DNA from: Octopus vulgaris
Taxonomy: Eukaryota
DNA length: 64,000 nt
Direction of reading: 5' to 3'
Assembly (NCBI GenBank): GCA_951406725.2
Contig: OX597821.1
Coordinates: forward strand, 78,678,001-78,742,000
Notes under the pieces: model-generated
Databases searched by the model: none
The model's input: the letters and a program-made list of their open reading frames with translations, nothing else
Told to the model about the DNA's origin: nothing
In this document: positions 24,990 through 41,910 of the stretch, in pieces
Position numbering within the stretch: position 1 is the first letter of the stretch
Layout of the letters: each line of letters opens with the position of its first letter
Position numbers and translations under genes: made by a program

Positions 24990-25790
24990 TATTTGGTAAA
25001 GAGTAAACAATACCTCCTGCAGGATGCTGGTAATGCAGAACCGTGGAACAAAAAAGGACTTGAGAGAGCTCATGAATTCCGATGAAAAGCAGCCATTAAG
25101 AGAGGAGAAACCCTACACCATATGGAATTACATGGTCAGTTCGAATTAAAAGACAAGGAAGCATCATGGAGGTGGCTTAAAAATGAATGTTGAATGTATA
25201 ATCATCGCTACCCAGGACCAGGCGCTGAATACTAAATCAGTGAAAAACAATATATACCACACAAATGCAACGGACCTCTGCAGAAAGTGTGAGAAGAAGG
25301 TCGAAAGTGTGATTCTCATTGTTAGTGATTGTGAAAACAACAAGCGTAGACATGACAAGGTAGCCGCCCAAAACCTCCTCTGGCTACTATGCCGTAAGTA
25401 TGGGAATGAGTTTACGTTGGCTTGGCACTAACATACACCGGAAAACGTAATGGACGAAAAGGGGAAGGCAAAAGTTATCTGAGCCTTTGACTTCCAGATA
25501 GACAGGTGTTAGATCACCGAAGATCGGATATTGTAACATTTAGGATTCACAAAAAAAGAGCGGTTGTGCTAGAAGATATACATATCCTCATGAAAGAACG
25601 AGAAAAGGTTGATATACATGAAGACCTGAGAATTGAAATCGCGAAGATTCGTGAGTCAAACATAAATGTTATCATTATTGTCATCGGAGTATTGCAACCA
25701 ATCTGAACAAACCCTACAGCCTAGTATTGCCAAAACCGGCATTACTTGGACCTGTACGCATGTTGCGCAAAGATCCTTGTTGGGACTTGA
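24990..25790 (+). mobile_element. Decayed R4/Dong-like 3' fragment (third family)
   Basis: IIATQDQALNT..DLCRKCEKKVESV..RRHDKVA..DHRRSDIV; homologous to 53150-54260 (-). Confidence 0.8.
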
Positions 25791-25899
25791 CAAACAGTAC
25801 AAACTCCATTAGACACAATATCTGACACAAATATAGACGCAAAAATAAGTGACACAGGTAGATTATATGTACCAATAAGAAGAGGGGAAGAGAACTGAA

Positions 25900-26875
25900 T
25901 GGATGCGAACAAAGCAATAGAGAAGAAAGCAACATAGCATGCTATCTAAAACGTGCCACAGAATCGCGATTATTGGGAGAAAGAAGGTCAGACTTGTGTG
26001 GAATGGATAATTGCTAAAATAAAGCATTGTACCAGAAATTGAAAATGAATGAAACTGTAAATAGGTGGATAAAGAAAAGAATGCATGGACAATTTCTTTG
26101 GAATGTTGAAGATAGACAGTCAGAGAAAAAAAGATGGCTATCTATGACTAAAATTGATTTAAAACTGGATACGGAGGCTCTAATCTGTGCTGATGCCCAA
26201 CAGCAACCAATAAGAATCAGTTAAATAAAATACAGAATAGGCAACACATCAGCAAGTGATAAGAACAGAACGCCTGGACAAAATGGTGAAACCGTATGGC
26301 ATACTACATTTTAATGCACGCCATTAGCCCAGAAAGGATAACGCAGACGTCCTGACAACGTAGCAAAGATTGCCCATAGGACACTTTGGAATATGTATGT
26401 ACTTGACAGAGCAAAAATGTGGTACGAACATAAACCCGAAGGCTTCATCAAAAATGATAATACAATGATCCTGTGGGATTTTATAATTCAGTACAACCAT
26501 GAGATACAAAATTTGAAACCAGACATAGTTTACACTGAGAAATAATGCAAGTGATGCTGGATCATAGATATATCATGCGCAGACGAGGTATACGATAAGG
26601 AAGGAAGAAAAGTCAATAGATATGATAGGTTAACTTGAGAGGGTAAGCAGCTGTGTCGCTGAAAAGGCTGGTAGTATTACCAATACTTGTCGAAGCCTTG
26701 GGGATAGTGAGTAAAAATCTTAGGAATTACATGGAATAAATAAAGGCTGCAATACGGGTGGAGTACTTAAAGAAAGCAGCACTAATTGCAATCGCTCTAA
26801 TACTTAAGTTGTTGCACTGAAAAAAGTCACACTGTGGTACATCTCCGGCGTTTGAAGCTGAGCAAAGACAATAAC
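25900..26875 (+). mobile_element. Decayed R4/Dong-like 3' fragment (family of 6068-6730)
   Basis: KRMHGQFL, DTEALICA, ILWDFIIQ, KPDIV; 3' end runs into the long TAA array. Confidence 0.8.
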
Positions 26876-27571
<696 letters not shown>

Positions 27572-28695
27572 AAGCTCGTGGAAAAACACGAGAGACGAAA
27601 GAAGCTTCATTCTATCATCAAGGAAAGCAAAAAATTTGCTATTGATCTCGTGCAGGATACCCAAACTGAACAACCCGAGGGAAGTACGGCAACTATTGTT
27701 GCAAAGAAGGTGAAAATGATGGCAATGAAAAAAGCGCACGAGCAATTGGCTGATAGGTGGGAGGAGAAACCTCTGCACGGCAAATATGTGACCCGCAGCA
27801 AACAAGCTGATGTTGACCAGAAGCAAACCCATCAGTGGCTGCGGAGCTCAGGGCTAAAAGCAGAGAGCGAAGGTTTCATCCTGGCTGCTCAAGACCAAAG
27901 CCTATTAACCCGGAACTACCAGGCCAATGTGATGAAAAATGGAGCAGACCCAAAATGCCGATTCTGCAACGACATGATTGAAACAGTGGACCACCTAATC
28001 TCTGGATGTAAAGTTTTAGCACCAGTGGAGTATAAATTAAGACATGACAGAGTTGGCCAATATCTCCACTGGCTAATAAGTCGGCATTACAATATCAAAA
28101 CTGCCGACAAGTGGTATAATCACCACCCTGAGGCTGTAACTGAAGGAGAAAATGTAACCATTCTGTGGGACTTTCCAGTACATACAGACCGAACCATCAA
28201 GGCCAATAAACCAGATATTGTAGTGAAAGACCAAAACAATAAAGTTTGCTTATTGATCGACATGAGCATCCCCTGTGATCATAATATCTCAGCGAAAGAG
28301 TTTGACAAGCTCACAAAATATAAAGACCTACTCATTGAAATTGAGAAAATGTGGCTTCTCAAGGCGGTTACAATACCAGTGATCGTAGGAGCACTAGGAA
28401 TGATGAAGAAGGGAACCGAAAATTATATGAGAATGATCCCTGGCTTACCATCCCTGCAAGAAGTGCAAAAGATTGTCTTAACTGGTACATCACACGTATT
28501 GAGAAGAGCATTGTCGATGTGAGAACTGTTGCTGCTCATGTATTTTAATTTAACTTTAAAAAAAAAAAAAAAAATTGAACGAACTACTGAGTTTGGTTTA
28601 ATGGCCTACCAATATACACTATGAGTTTCTTTGCCCTAGGAGTCGGGAAGACACTCGGCAAGAAATGGAAGAAAATTTGAAAGAAGAAAAAAAAA

Positions 28696-28696
<1 letters not shown>
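27572..28696 (+). mobile_element. Young 5'-truncated R4/Dong-like LINE, copy 1 (zinc knuckle plus RLE, frame open to stop 28522)
   Basis: CRFC..ETVDHLISGC, RHD, PD..D..K-type RLE (KPDIVVKD..LIDMSIP..KLTKY); 3' UTR then (TAA)n. Confidence 0.95.
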
Positions 28697-31714
<3,018 letters not shown>

Positions 31715-32697
31715 AAGCTCGTGGAAAAACACGAGAGACGAAAGAAGCTTCATTCTATCATCAAGGAAAGCAAAATATTTGCTATTGATCTCGTGCAGGA
31801 TACCCAAACTGAACAACCCGAGGGAAGTACGGCAACTATTGTTGCAAAGAAGGTGGAAATGATGGCAATGAAAAAAGCGCACGAGCAATTGGCTGATAGG
31901 TGGCAGGAGAAACCTCTGCACGGCAAATATGTGACCCGCAGCAAACAAGCTGATGTTGACCAGAAGCAAACCCATCAGTGGCTGCGGAGCTCAGGGCTAA
32001 AAGCAGAGAGCGAAGTTTTCATCCTGGCTGCTCAAGACCAAAGCCTATTCACCCGGAACTACCAGGCCAATGTGATGAAAAATGGAGCAGACCCAAAATG
32101 CCGATTCTGCAACGACATGATTGAAACAGTGGACCACCTAATCTCTGGATGTAAAGTTTTAGCACCAGTGGAGTATAAATTAAGACATGACAGAGTTGGC
32201 CAATATCTCCACTGGCTAATAAGTCGGCATTACAATATCAAAACTGCCGACAAGTGGTATAATCACCACCCTGAGGCTGTAACTGAAGGAGAAAATGTAA
32301 CCATTCTGTGGGACTTTCCAGTACATACAGACCGAACCATCAAGGCCAATAAACCAGATATTGTTGTGAAAGACCAAAACAATAAAGTTTGCTTATTGAT
32401 CGACATGAGCATCCCCTGTGATCATAATATCTCAGCGAAAGAGTTTGACAAGCTCACAAAATATAAAGACCTACTCATTGAAATTGAGAAAATGAGGCAT
32501 CTCAAGGCGGTTACAATACCAGTGATCGTAGGAGCACTAGGAATGATCAAGAAGGGAACCGAAAATTATATGAGAATGATCCCTGGCTTACCATCCCTGC
32601 AAGAAGTGCAAAAGATTGTCTTAACTGGTACATCACACGTATTGAGAAGAGCATTGTCGATGTGAGAACTGTTGCTGCTCATGTATTTTAATTTAAC
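31715..32697 (+). mobile_element. R4/Dong-like copy 3 (same 5' breakpoint; 3' UTR cut off)
   Basis: About 99% identical to copies 1 and 2; homology stops after tttaatttaac. Confidence 0.95.
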
Positions 32698-32699
32698 AA

Positions 32700-33570
32700 C
32701 GATTATAACTGAACTGTAAATGAACTAATCAAAATACTCATAAAAACAAGAAAAATAATGACGGCAATTAGGATGAACCGCCCAAAACATGACATGTATA
32801 TAAAACAATCTTAGTGAATAGAGGGCCTAGTCAGCTAGAAAAGTGTTACAAAATAACCACCATAGAACTACTGAAATACCTACTTCAGAAGTATGGAAAA
32901 CAAATAAAATAGCCACAAAATATGGCCAAAACAAAAGATAGTTTTCTGGCATTAAGGAAGATGACAAATACAGATGTCATAGTACCTAACACCTATGAAG
33001 AAAAATTAGAAAGCGCAAAAACTGTAAAACAACTGAAATTTGAACTAAATCTAGTACAGCAATTGATCGTTATAAAACGATGTCAAGAATAGGACTTCAT
33101 ATCAAATACTGGGTCAAACTAAATGGAAAAGAAATAGACAAAGCAAAATTCGAACAATGGCTGAGAAATTCAGGACTCATAACAGACTGAAGGATTTTTA
33201 ATTGCAGCACATGATCAAAGCCTTCCCGAAATCACCAACAACATATAATGAAAAGAAATACATGTGCCTGGAAAATACAAGGGCCTGGAAATAAAGGTTA
33301 CTCGAATGTGGAGCGCCTAAAAACAGAAACAATTCCTACTATAGTAAGTGTGGCAGTCATGATAAAATATATTCAGACATAATCATAACAAAAACACCAG
33401 GACTTACAAGTATGTAATAGAAAGCGACTAGCACTATTACGCACCGCACACATCCGACGTAAAACACTTTCAATACAATGAAAATAAGAGCACCACAACA
33501 ACCCACAGAACATACCCAAGTCACTCACATCTGCACTCAGTAGTGCAGTGAAAACCCATGATAAAATTAA
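32700..33570 (+). mobile_element. Old decayed R4-like 3' fragment
   Basis: GLVQLEKCYKITTIELLKYL, QWLRNSGL, TETIPTIVSV remnants. Confidence 0.65.
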
Positions 33571-33581
33571 GACTACTACTG

Positions 33582-33664
<83 letters not shown>

Positions 33665-33797
33665 TACTACCACTACTACTACTACCACAACCATTACTAC
33701 TACTACTACTACTACTACCACTACTACTATTACCACTACTAGTACCACTACTGACGATGATGATGAGGAGGAAGACGATGACAATAATGATGATAAT
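33571..33797. repeat. (CTA)n/(CTG)/(GAT) compound microsatellite
   Basis: Directly visible. Confidence 0.93.
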
Positions 33798-33799
33798 CG

Positions 33800-34230
33800 C
33801 TTGGAGTTATGTAGAAAGCTAGGATTTGAACGAACTGATCAGTGGTATGAATACGACCCTAGTAAAGTACTACCAATTGGTAAGTACAAATTATGGGACT
33901 TCAACATTAATGGAAGCGAGATGGCCTGATCTGGTAGTATTAGATAAAGAGAATAGAAAGTGTCAGATAATTGTCTTTGCTGTCCCAAATGATGAAACGC
34001 TTATTACGAGTGATATAGAAAACTTAACGAAGTACTTGGACCAAGATATTGAATTACAGAGACTATGGAAAGAGCGGGTAAAATGTATCCCAGTAGTTAT
34101 AGTAGTTATGGGAGCTATTCCTGAAAATCTGAACAAATGGATAGAGGGCATAGTCGTAAAACCCAGTTTCGTACAGATGCAGAAAACAGTGTTACTAGGG
34201 ACAGCTAAGATATTTATGGAAGGTTCTTGA
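33800..34230 (+). mobile_element. R4-like RLE fragment
   Basis: LWDFNI, ARWPDLVVLDKENRKCQII.FAVP..KY..ELQRLW..IPVVIVVMGAIP..QKTVLLGTAKI. Confidence 0.8.
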
Positions 34231-35516
34231 TATCTAAGATTACTTGTTGTAACCCAATATGAGGGGCCTTGGCAGCTAAGGCTACTTTTTGTAGCGCTTT
34301 GTTGGGATTCTTTTCTTTTCCGATACTCTAATATGTTCATTGTATACGGAAATGATAATAAAATATTTTGAAAATGAGAATATCTGAAATAAACTCGACT
34401 ACTCACACAAATGAGAATATCAAAAATGAACCCAATCGCTCACAAACATTAAATAAAAACAATCTAAAAATAATCCAGAATCCTTATCGTGTACTAGATC
34501 GATCCCTAATCAGTTTGTGGCAGTTTTGAGGTCAAAAATCTCTGGATGATTCATCCGAATCCATCCATCAGTTCAACAAAGAAACACGTCTAAAATCAAT
34601 ACCACTACCTTAAACTTGGGTAATAGCAATTGGAGCATTGAGCATGATAAAAGAAAAAAACATATGAACAAAATCCGTAGAAGCTAAACCTGCTTTCTTA
34701 ACAATACACGCTGTGTAAAATATAGACCAGCTAGGAAGATGTTACATCCTACTAAATACACTATAAATCCAATAATACAACCGAAACAGGCAACCCACAG
34801 ATACAAGACACACTCTATACAGCATTTATCTAGTGAAATTAACTTCCACCAGTAAACCAATGCACTACACACTCAACAGACAATAGAAACAGTAACACAA
34901 CAAAACACACTGCACCACAACTCTAGACAGAAAAACTAACACAATACAGTACAGGGTAGAGTTTGCACACATCTAAGAGCAGAAAAGAACAAACAAGGCT
35001 GCACACACGCCAGAAACACAGAGACGTAGCAGGTGTTGCACTAGAAATTTACCTCAATCTAGCAAAGATTGAACTGTTATATAACAATAACAACACTCAA
35101 TCCAAACAGATCAGGTGCTGGAGCATAACTGACCGGACGTAGTGGTGGTGGACAAGGGACACCATATATGAAATAGTATTTTTCGTCACAGGCATGTGAA
35201 TATTGGATGAGGGTTCTTGCACGCCTACTACGTAGATGGAAGGGCATTGCTCAAAATGTAAGATAGTATATTTTAGATTAAAAAAGATATGTCTGTATCT
35301 CAATTTTGAAAAGATAAGATACATAAAAAAAGCCGCATTAATTATGGGATGACACAATACATTCTTAACACTTACTGGTGGTATATCATTGGATATCTAT
35401 CTCGTGTCTCAAAACGTAGACTGCTGCTGAGTCTTGTGAGTTTTTCCGCCCTTGATTTGTTTCGTTTGTCATCCCATAGTGTGTGCTTGTTGGGTAATGT
35501 GTGCGGGCGCGTGTTT

Positions 35517-35550
<34 letters not shown>

Positions 35551-37879
35551 TGTGCCTAAGAACTGTCTATAATATGAATGTGTATGTAGATAGAAATATC
35601 TACGAAAGCTGACCAGAGAAATTAATATCCAAACAAAAATGATTTTAAAATAAATTACTAATTCCAGTGTTTGTAACTAAAAATAAAGTTACCGTTATTT
35701 TAAAATTACTATGAGCAATGAAAACTAAACAGAAGGATAAATTACCCAGCGGCTGATATGAAAAGAAACTCGGTTTTTAAAACATACCTGTCTTCAATAA
35801 TGCATATAAGAAGATAATAAAAGAGTATCCGATACTCTTCGTAGAGTTTAGCCAGGAACTACAGTTGTCAGCAATATAGATTCTTCAATTTTGGTGAAGA
35901 AACAAAATAATTCCTCCATTTAATCAATTGATTGTTCTGTTTTTCGGAAGCAAAGGTAATACTTTGACTACAGGTGTGTTTCGGGATTTAGTGTAGGACA
36001 GGAAAACTTTCAGGGTGTTTTCCTATCTAAGTCTCTTTGTATAATGCCATGAAAAATATATCAAGAAACTTTGATATGGAAGTGAGCACCACCAACTGCC
36101 ATAGAGGAAACCGTAGACATTATGTAGTCGGAAATCTTGTGTTCGAAAGGTGGAATGATGTAAAATTCAGAGATCTTTAAATGTAGTATCAAAAGTTTTT
36201 AAAAGGCTTTTAAATCGTTGATTGGGTATGTTGCCCAATAATGTTTCTCTCATTTGGGTCACCGATTTTAAAATTAATTATATGTTGTACTTGAAATGGA
36301 TAAAAGAGAAGTGCTTTAGAAATATGATAGTCGAGATTATTTTTGGAAAAGAATATTTTATTTATCAAAGATGTAAAGAATATCTGCGTCACGGCAGATA
36401 TAAGAATAAGTGCATATTTTTTTTTTAAGTACAAAAGCAAAGAATAGACACTATTCAAATTATTTCATTCGGAATGCAAATCTCTGAACCTGTCTTTGCG
36501 TGCAGCGAAATGTTCGAGAATTTTTAATGAAACATAACATGAAAAATATGTAAAAGAGCATATGTGTAAGAAATGTATTCTGTTTCCAATCTGAACAGAG
36601 ATAAATGCTGGTGAAAGACACTGAAATAAGAAACACAACAGTACCTTTGCTTTAAATTGTAAAACGAACTCAGGTGATCTTTCCAAGGATATGCTAAACG
36701 TGAGTTACGTTAAGTGACAGAGAGTTAGCCGTGTGAATAAACGCGCGCTCGCTTCTGTCGCATCACAAATTTACGTATTAATCACACACGCCAAACAACC
36801 ACTCACACATACCTTTTCTATATCCGAATTTCCAGAAATGGATGTTTTTCATAGAACTGTATTTGCTTGTTTCCTTTGGATTGGTCCGATATTTTCCCTC
36901 TCCCTCTCTCTTTTCCTCTGACACTGACTATTCCACTTTCTTAATTCAAATCTATGCTTCTCACCTTCTTCTCATGACGGACTAACGTCAGAAATGTTAC
37001 CGATTTTTCACTTCCTAACAAAGCGTTAAACTAAAATCGGATTAGACTTTATCCGTCTTGCGATGCTTCCTTTTATTGCATTTACATATATTTGGAGTAA
37101 ATTCATCTGTATCTATCTATACGCACGCCACCACCAACACAGAAGACAAGCAAAGGGAGTACAACAAAAGAAACACACAAACAAAACACGCCAACCCCAA
37201 CAAATAAACATACACCAACGCCTGGAAAAACACCAACAACAACAACTAAAGAAATTGAAAAACCAGAAGAAATCAGAAAAACTTACACCCCTTCGCCTAG
37301 ATCACATGCACCACAAACAAAGAGCCAACATACAACACCAACGAAAACAGCAACACAACCACTTACATAAACTACCATAGAAGCCCACAACATGCCTCTA
37401 CCCCCGTCCGATTCCTCAGAAATTTCGTTGGAGGACGAAACCAGTGAGGAATGGCAAATAGCCAGAAAAGGAAGGAGGGAAAGGAGCAGAAAAACATTCA
37501 AACCAAATGCAAACACGAACAAAGCAGTGGGACATACATCTCCCGAAGACATTTCAAAACCCACCACAAACAACAGCATCACCAACACCACATAAATATA
37601 TATAGCAAACATGGTCACAGCTATAGACACTAAAAACGCAGATTTGATGGAATACATCAAATCAAGATCAAACATAACAGAAGATGACATAAAAATAAAC
37701 AATCACCCATACACAACACCACCGGATCACATCAAATTATTACACTTATCCAGAAGTCTACACCGCACACTAAAAGGCATTTTTCCCAGTGCGGTTGGTA
37801 AATGCCAAAAATACGTCACGAAGAACTTTACTGGGATCTCCTCGACTACAAACAAAGGGAGGAAAAAGCAAAACCTTTC

Positions 37880-40285
37880 GAGCAGTAAGTAACCCTCTCT
37901 TCCTTCCGCTTGTGTTTTAATTCACTATGATTATGATCAAGATTAATTGTGTGAATGCGTATGGCTTGGGGTTCCCTTGGAAACAAGGGTACCTCTTAGA
38001 AGACATAAAGTCACACAAGTTAGAAATCGGAGCCATAAGTGAGACCAGACTCCACAATCCGTGGGCCCTAAAGACCATGTTTGGCGAACATTTTAACATT
38101 TATTTTCCCCCTGTCCGCCGAGAATGGGCGGTAGTGGCACAGCGATTCTTTTTAGCAAGAGTCAGGATCTCAAAGTAAAGACAATATTCGTAGACCTGGA
38201 GGGTAGGCTGGTCGTCCTAGATGTCGATGGCAGCAATGGGTGCGCTTTTCGATTCGTATCAGTCTACGTACCGCCTTTAACAGGCCGGGCGGATTTCTTT
38301 CGACGTCTAAAAGTATTCCTAGGAACATCTCGTCCTTTACTTTTAGTGGGGGATTGGAATGCTACCTTGGACACACATGTAGACTACGTGGGCAGAGATA
38401 GGAATAGATGGGGAGGCAAATACCTCAGAGACCTGCTCAGACGCTTTCGACTGTCTGACAGGAACCGACTCGACCATCCGAATGCGCCAACGTGGACATA
38501 GAGCAACGGCATCGGGTCGTTGAGATCGTACCTAGATAGGATGTTGTGGAGGACAGTAGATAGAGATAGCGTAGGATGTCCACAATTCCACATAGTCAGC
38601 TACACGGATCACAAACTTGTGACATGTACGCTAGACTTAGGTAAGACACAGGCAGGGTCCGGGGTACTGAAACTAAACGCATCTTTCCCATTGAGACAGG
38701 TTTTCAGAGACCGGATTAGCGATGGCAGAATGCTCGCGGGACAAATCGTCGTGTTTTGATGGTCTACCCTATGAGCTTTACAGTTGTATGCCAGACTTGT
38801 TTGGAGGCGTCTTGGCAGCGGTGCACTACAACTAGCAGCAAAACGGGAGCAGCCCTGGTTTTGTGAACCGATGAGCCGTAACACTACTGAAGAAAGATCT
38901 AAACAAGGGGGACGTAATAGATAACTTTAGGTCCATCACTCTGCTTAATGCAGACTTGAAAATTTTGGCCAAGGTGTTAGTCAAGAGATTGGCGCTTGTC
39001 ATCGAGAAACTGGTCGACAAAGCGCAAACGTGCGCCGTCCCGGGACGGAGCACCCATGACAAGCTCCATCTGATGCGCTACATCATGGACAGAGTAGTTA
39101 AGGAACCTGGCATGGGTGGGGCCCTTATCAATTTGGATCAATCGAAAGCTTTGGATAGGGCAGACCATCGATACTTGGAGCCTGTCCTCAGAGCGGCTGG
39201 TTTCGGTCCCGTCTTCCGCGGCTGGATAGCCGCTTTCTACAGAGGTAGCCGTTCGGTAATTCGCGTAAATGGACATATATCGAGACCTTTCGACATTGCA
39301 CGTTCGGTCCGTCAGGGATTCCCCCTCTCGTCCCTTCTATACGCATTGACTCTCGAGCCATTACTGCGGAAGCTGGCGACTCTGAGGGGCATCTCGAGAG
39401 AATTGGGATGCGGTACGAGCGTGTCTGCATACGCGGACGACGTTACTGTCATAGTGTCTAGCCACGAGCACACCAAGCTGGTCGGCGAGATAAGCTCTAC
39501 AGACACGGCTCGAGAAACACGGGGCCAACCTGCCCGAGATGCGTTCAGACCGACGAAAATGGTCTGCACGCCTCGTACAGTGTCCAACCATTTCCGACCT
39601 GTGGGCTTATGTCAAACGACTGCAGTCATGTGGGACGAGTCGGTTTATCAGCCGAGTCTATCGTTAATATCGTCACGCCTCCTTCCTTCAAACGGGAAGG
39701 AAGAGCTATTTTTATCATATTTGTGGCTATGGCGAAGGAATGTATGTGGTGGACACGTCTGAAAGGATTAGTGACAAACAGTTTCCTCTCTGATCAATCT
39801 CTCATCAACTTTAAGTATCACTTGAAAAGGTAAGTGAGAATAGAGAGGCAAGTTTTGTCTAGCGAATGTTTGAAAAAGTGATGAGGGAATGTAGCAAGGA
39901 CGGCACGTATGAATGACGAAGACACCTTGAGCATAATCCTATGAACCCGGAAAAATTTAAAACAGAGAGTTACTTACTTGCAAATAAATGTGTTAACATG
40001 TGACATTAATAACCCTGGTTACCATGGTCTTTTCTGTAGGCTTTTATTTCCAAAGATAAACCTTACCTGCTTCCCCCTTTACACTTTATATCATGACATT
40101 TCTGTGATACACAATCTCTATTGATCTTGTTTTTCTATTCTTTTTTCTTTTTCTTCTTTTTTTTTCCTTTTTACGATCTCTTTTGATTGAAAACCTACCC
40201 CACTTTTTTTCCGCCCCAAAAAGAAATGCTCTACTTTGTAATTTGTTCCGTCTGTGTTCAGCCCTGTGAGGCTAATAAAGAAACA
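37880..40285 (+). mobile_element. L1/Tx1-clade LINE ORF2 pseudogene (AP endonuclease, RT, C-terminal CCHC) with internal deletions
   Basis: INCVNAYGL..ISETRL, GDWNA, YLDR, TDHKLV; FRSITLLNADLKILAK, LDQSKALDRADH, SVRQGFPLS, AYADDV; CPRC..H; T-rich 3' UTR with aataaa. Confidence 0.93.
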
Positions 40286-40368
<83 letters not shown>

Positions 40369-40439
40369 ATATATATATATCTATCTATCTTTGTATATAT
40401 ATATATATCAATCTATTAATCTGTCTGTCAATTTGTCTG

Positions 40440-40536
<97 letters not shown>

Positions 40537-40550
40537 TCATCTATCTATAT
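40286..40550. repeat. (TATC)n/(TA)n array at the LINE 3' end
   Basis: Directly visible. Confidence 0.95.
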
Positions 40551-40941
40551 GCATCTATTTAGGTATGTATGTAAGAATATAAGAATACAAAATACTTGGA
40601 ATAAGATATTTTCTAAAAGAAACGTCCTATGTGGATTGATGAAGGAAAAATTAAAACCTAAAAATTTATGAATCCAAATCCATGATTTTGTGTGTATGCT
40701 TATACACATATCTACAACACGTACATTTATACACCCTCTTACATATACCTTTGGAAAAGGAAATCAAATCACTTTACTGGTAGTTCTAATCAGTTTAAGT
40801 TATAATTACTTTTTTTATTTTTGTACAATATAGATTTTAGTTTATAGATCTACATTTGTAGCGATCGCAAATATTAACACAATCGCTGACATAGAAGGGC
40901 CTCACTTTGAGAGAATCACCTGAAAGTTCATGGTGTACTCC

Positions 40942-40991
<50 letters not shown>

Positions 40992-41339
40992 TAGAAGAAA
41001 TAAGGTACTCAGAAATCTGGATGGGTTTACATTTACAGATTTTTATTAATATGTCACGTTTTATAAATCATATATCAACGCTTGTATCTACTCTAGTAGA
41101 ATCTACAGATTTGAATTTGTTTAAGAGTAAGAGGATTCGTCTCTTTTTATAGTATTATTGAGTGTGTAGGGCTGAGGAGAGATATAAGATAGTAAAAGAG
41201 TTTGAGGAATAGGGAGAAATTGAGAGAGAGAGTGTGTGAGTGTGTGTATGTGTGTGTATCTGAAAGGAGTGTCAGTGAAAAAGAGAAAGAAATTAAGAAG
41301 GAAGAGAGAAAGAAGAAAAAGTGTGTTTGCATCTTTATA

Positions 41340-41910
41340 GCTGGTCAGTTCTTTCAATAGAAAATGATGAGTTGATTCTTGTCCTTTAAAAATGGCAAAA
41401 GCAGGTGAATACTCCTCCAGTGCTGTTCTGTCCTCGTCTACAGAATTCATATCTTTTCGTCAATATGGATTCTGAGGACTGCGGAATAAATGATAATCAG
41501 ATGAGGCAATGCCCGGCGAATATGTTGGACGGGCCATCATTTTCCATTCAAAATACTTCAGGCTTTTGAATGTCATCCTCACTTTATGTGACTGAGCTTT
41601 ATCCTTAATGGAAAACCCAACATTCGTCTTGAAAACAAAGATGGACGTCTTTCGTCTAGTGCTGAATGAGGTCACACAAGCTGCTCGCAGATCTCCTTAG
41701 TTACTGTTAGGTTTGGGTTTAAAAGTTCAAAGTGCACGAAACTTTTTCTATCCCACAAAACAGACAACACCTCACGTAGCTGAAGACCTTCTGTTGTCCG
41801 CGTGTCGGTGTTTCTCCCTTCCCTACCATGTGTCTTTTGCGATTGATATTTCTATAGAGAATCCAATCACAGTTACCAGGCACTATTTTGTTCAAAAATA
41901 ACTTCATTTG
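41340..41910 (-). mobile_element. Decayed mariner transposase fragment
   Basis: KIVPGNCDWILYRNINRKR and PTYSPGIASSDYHLFRSPQN. Confidence 0.8.
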
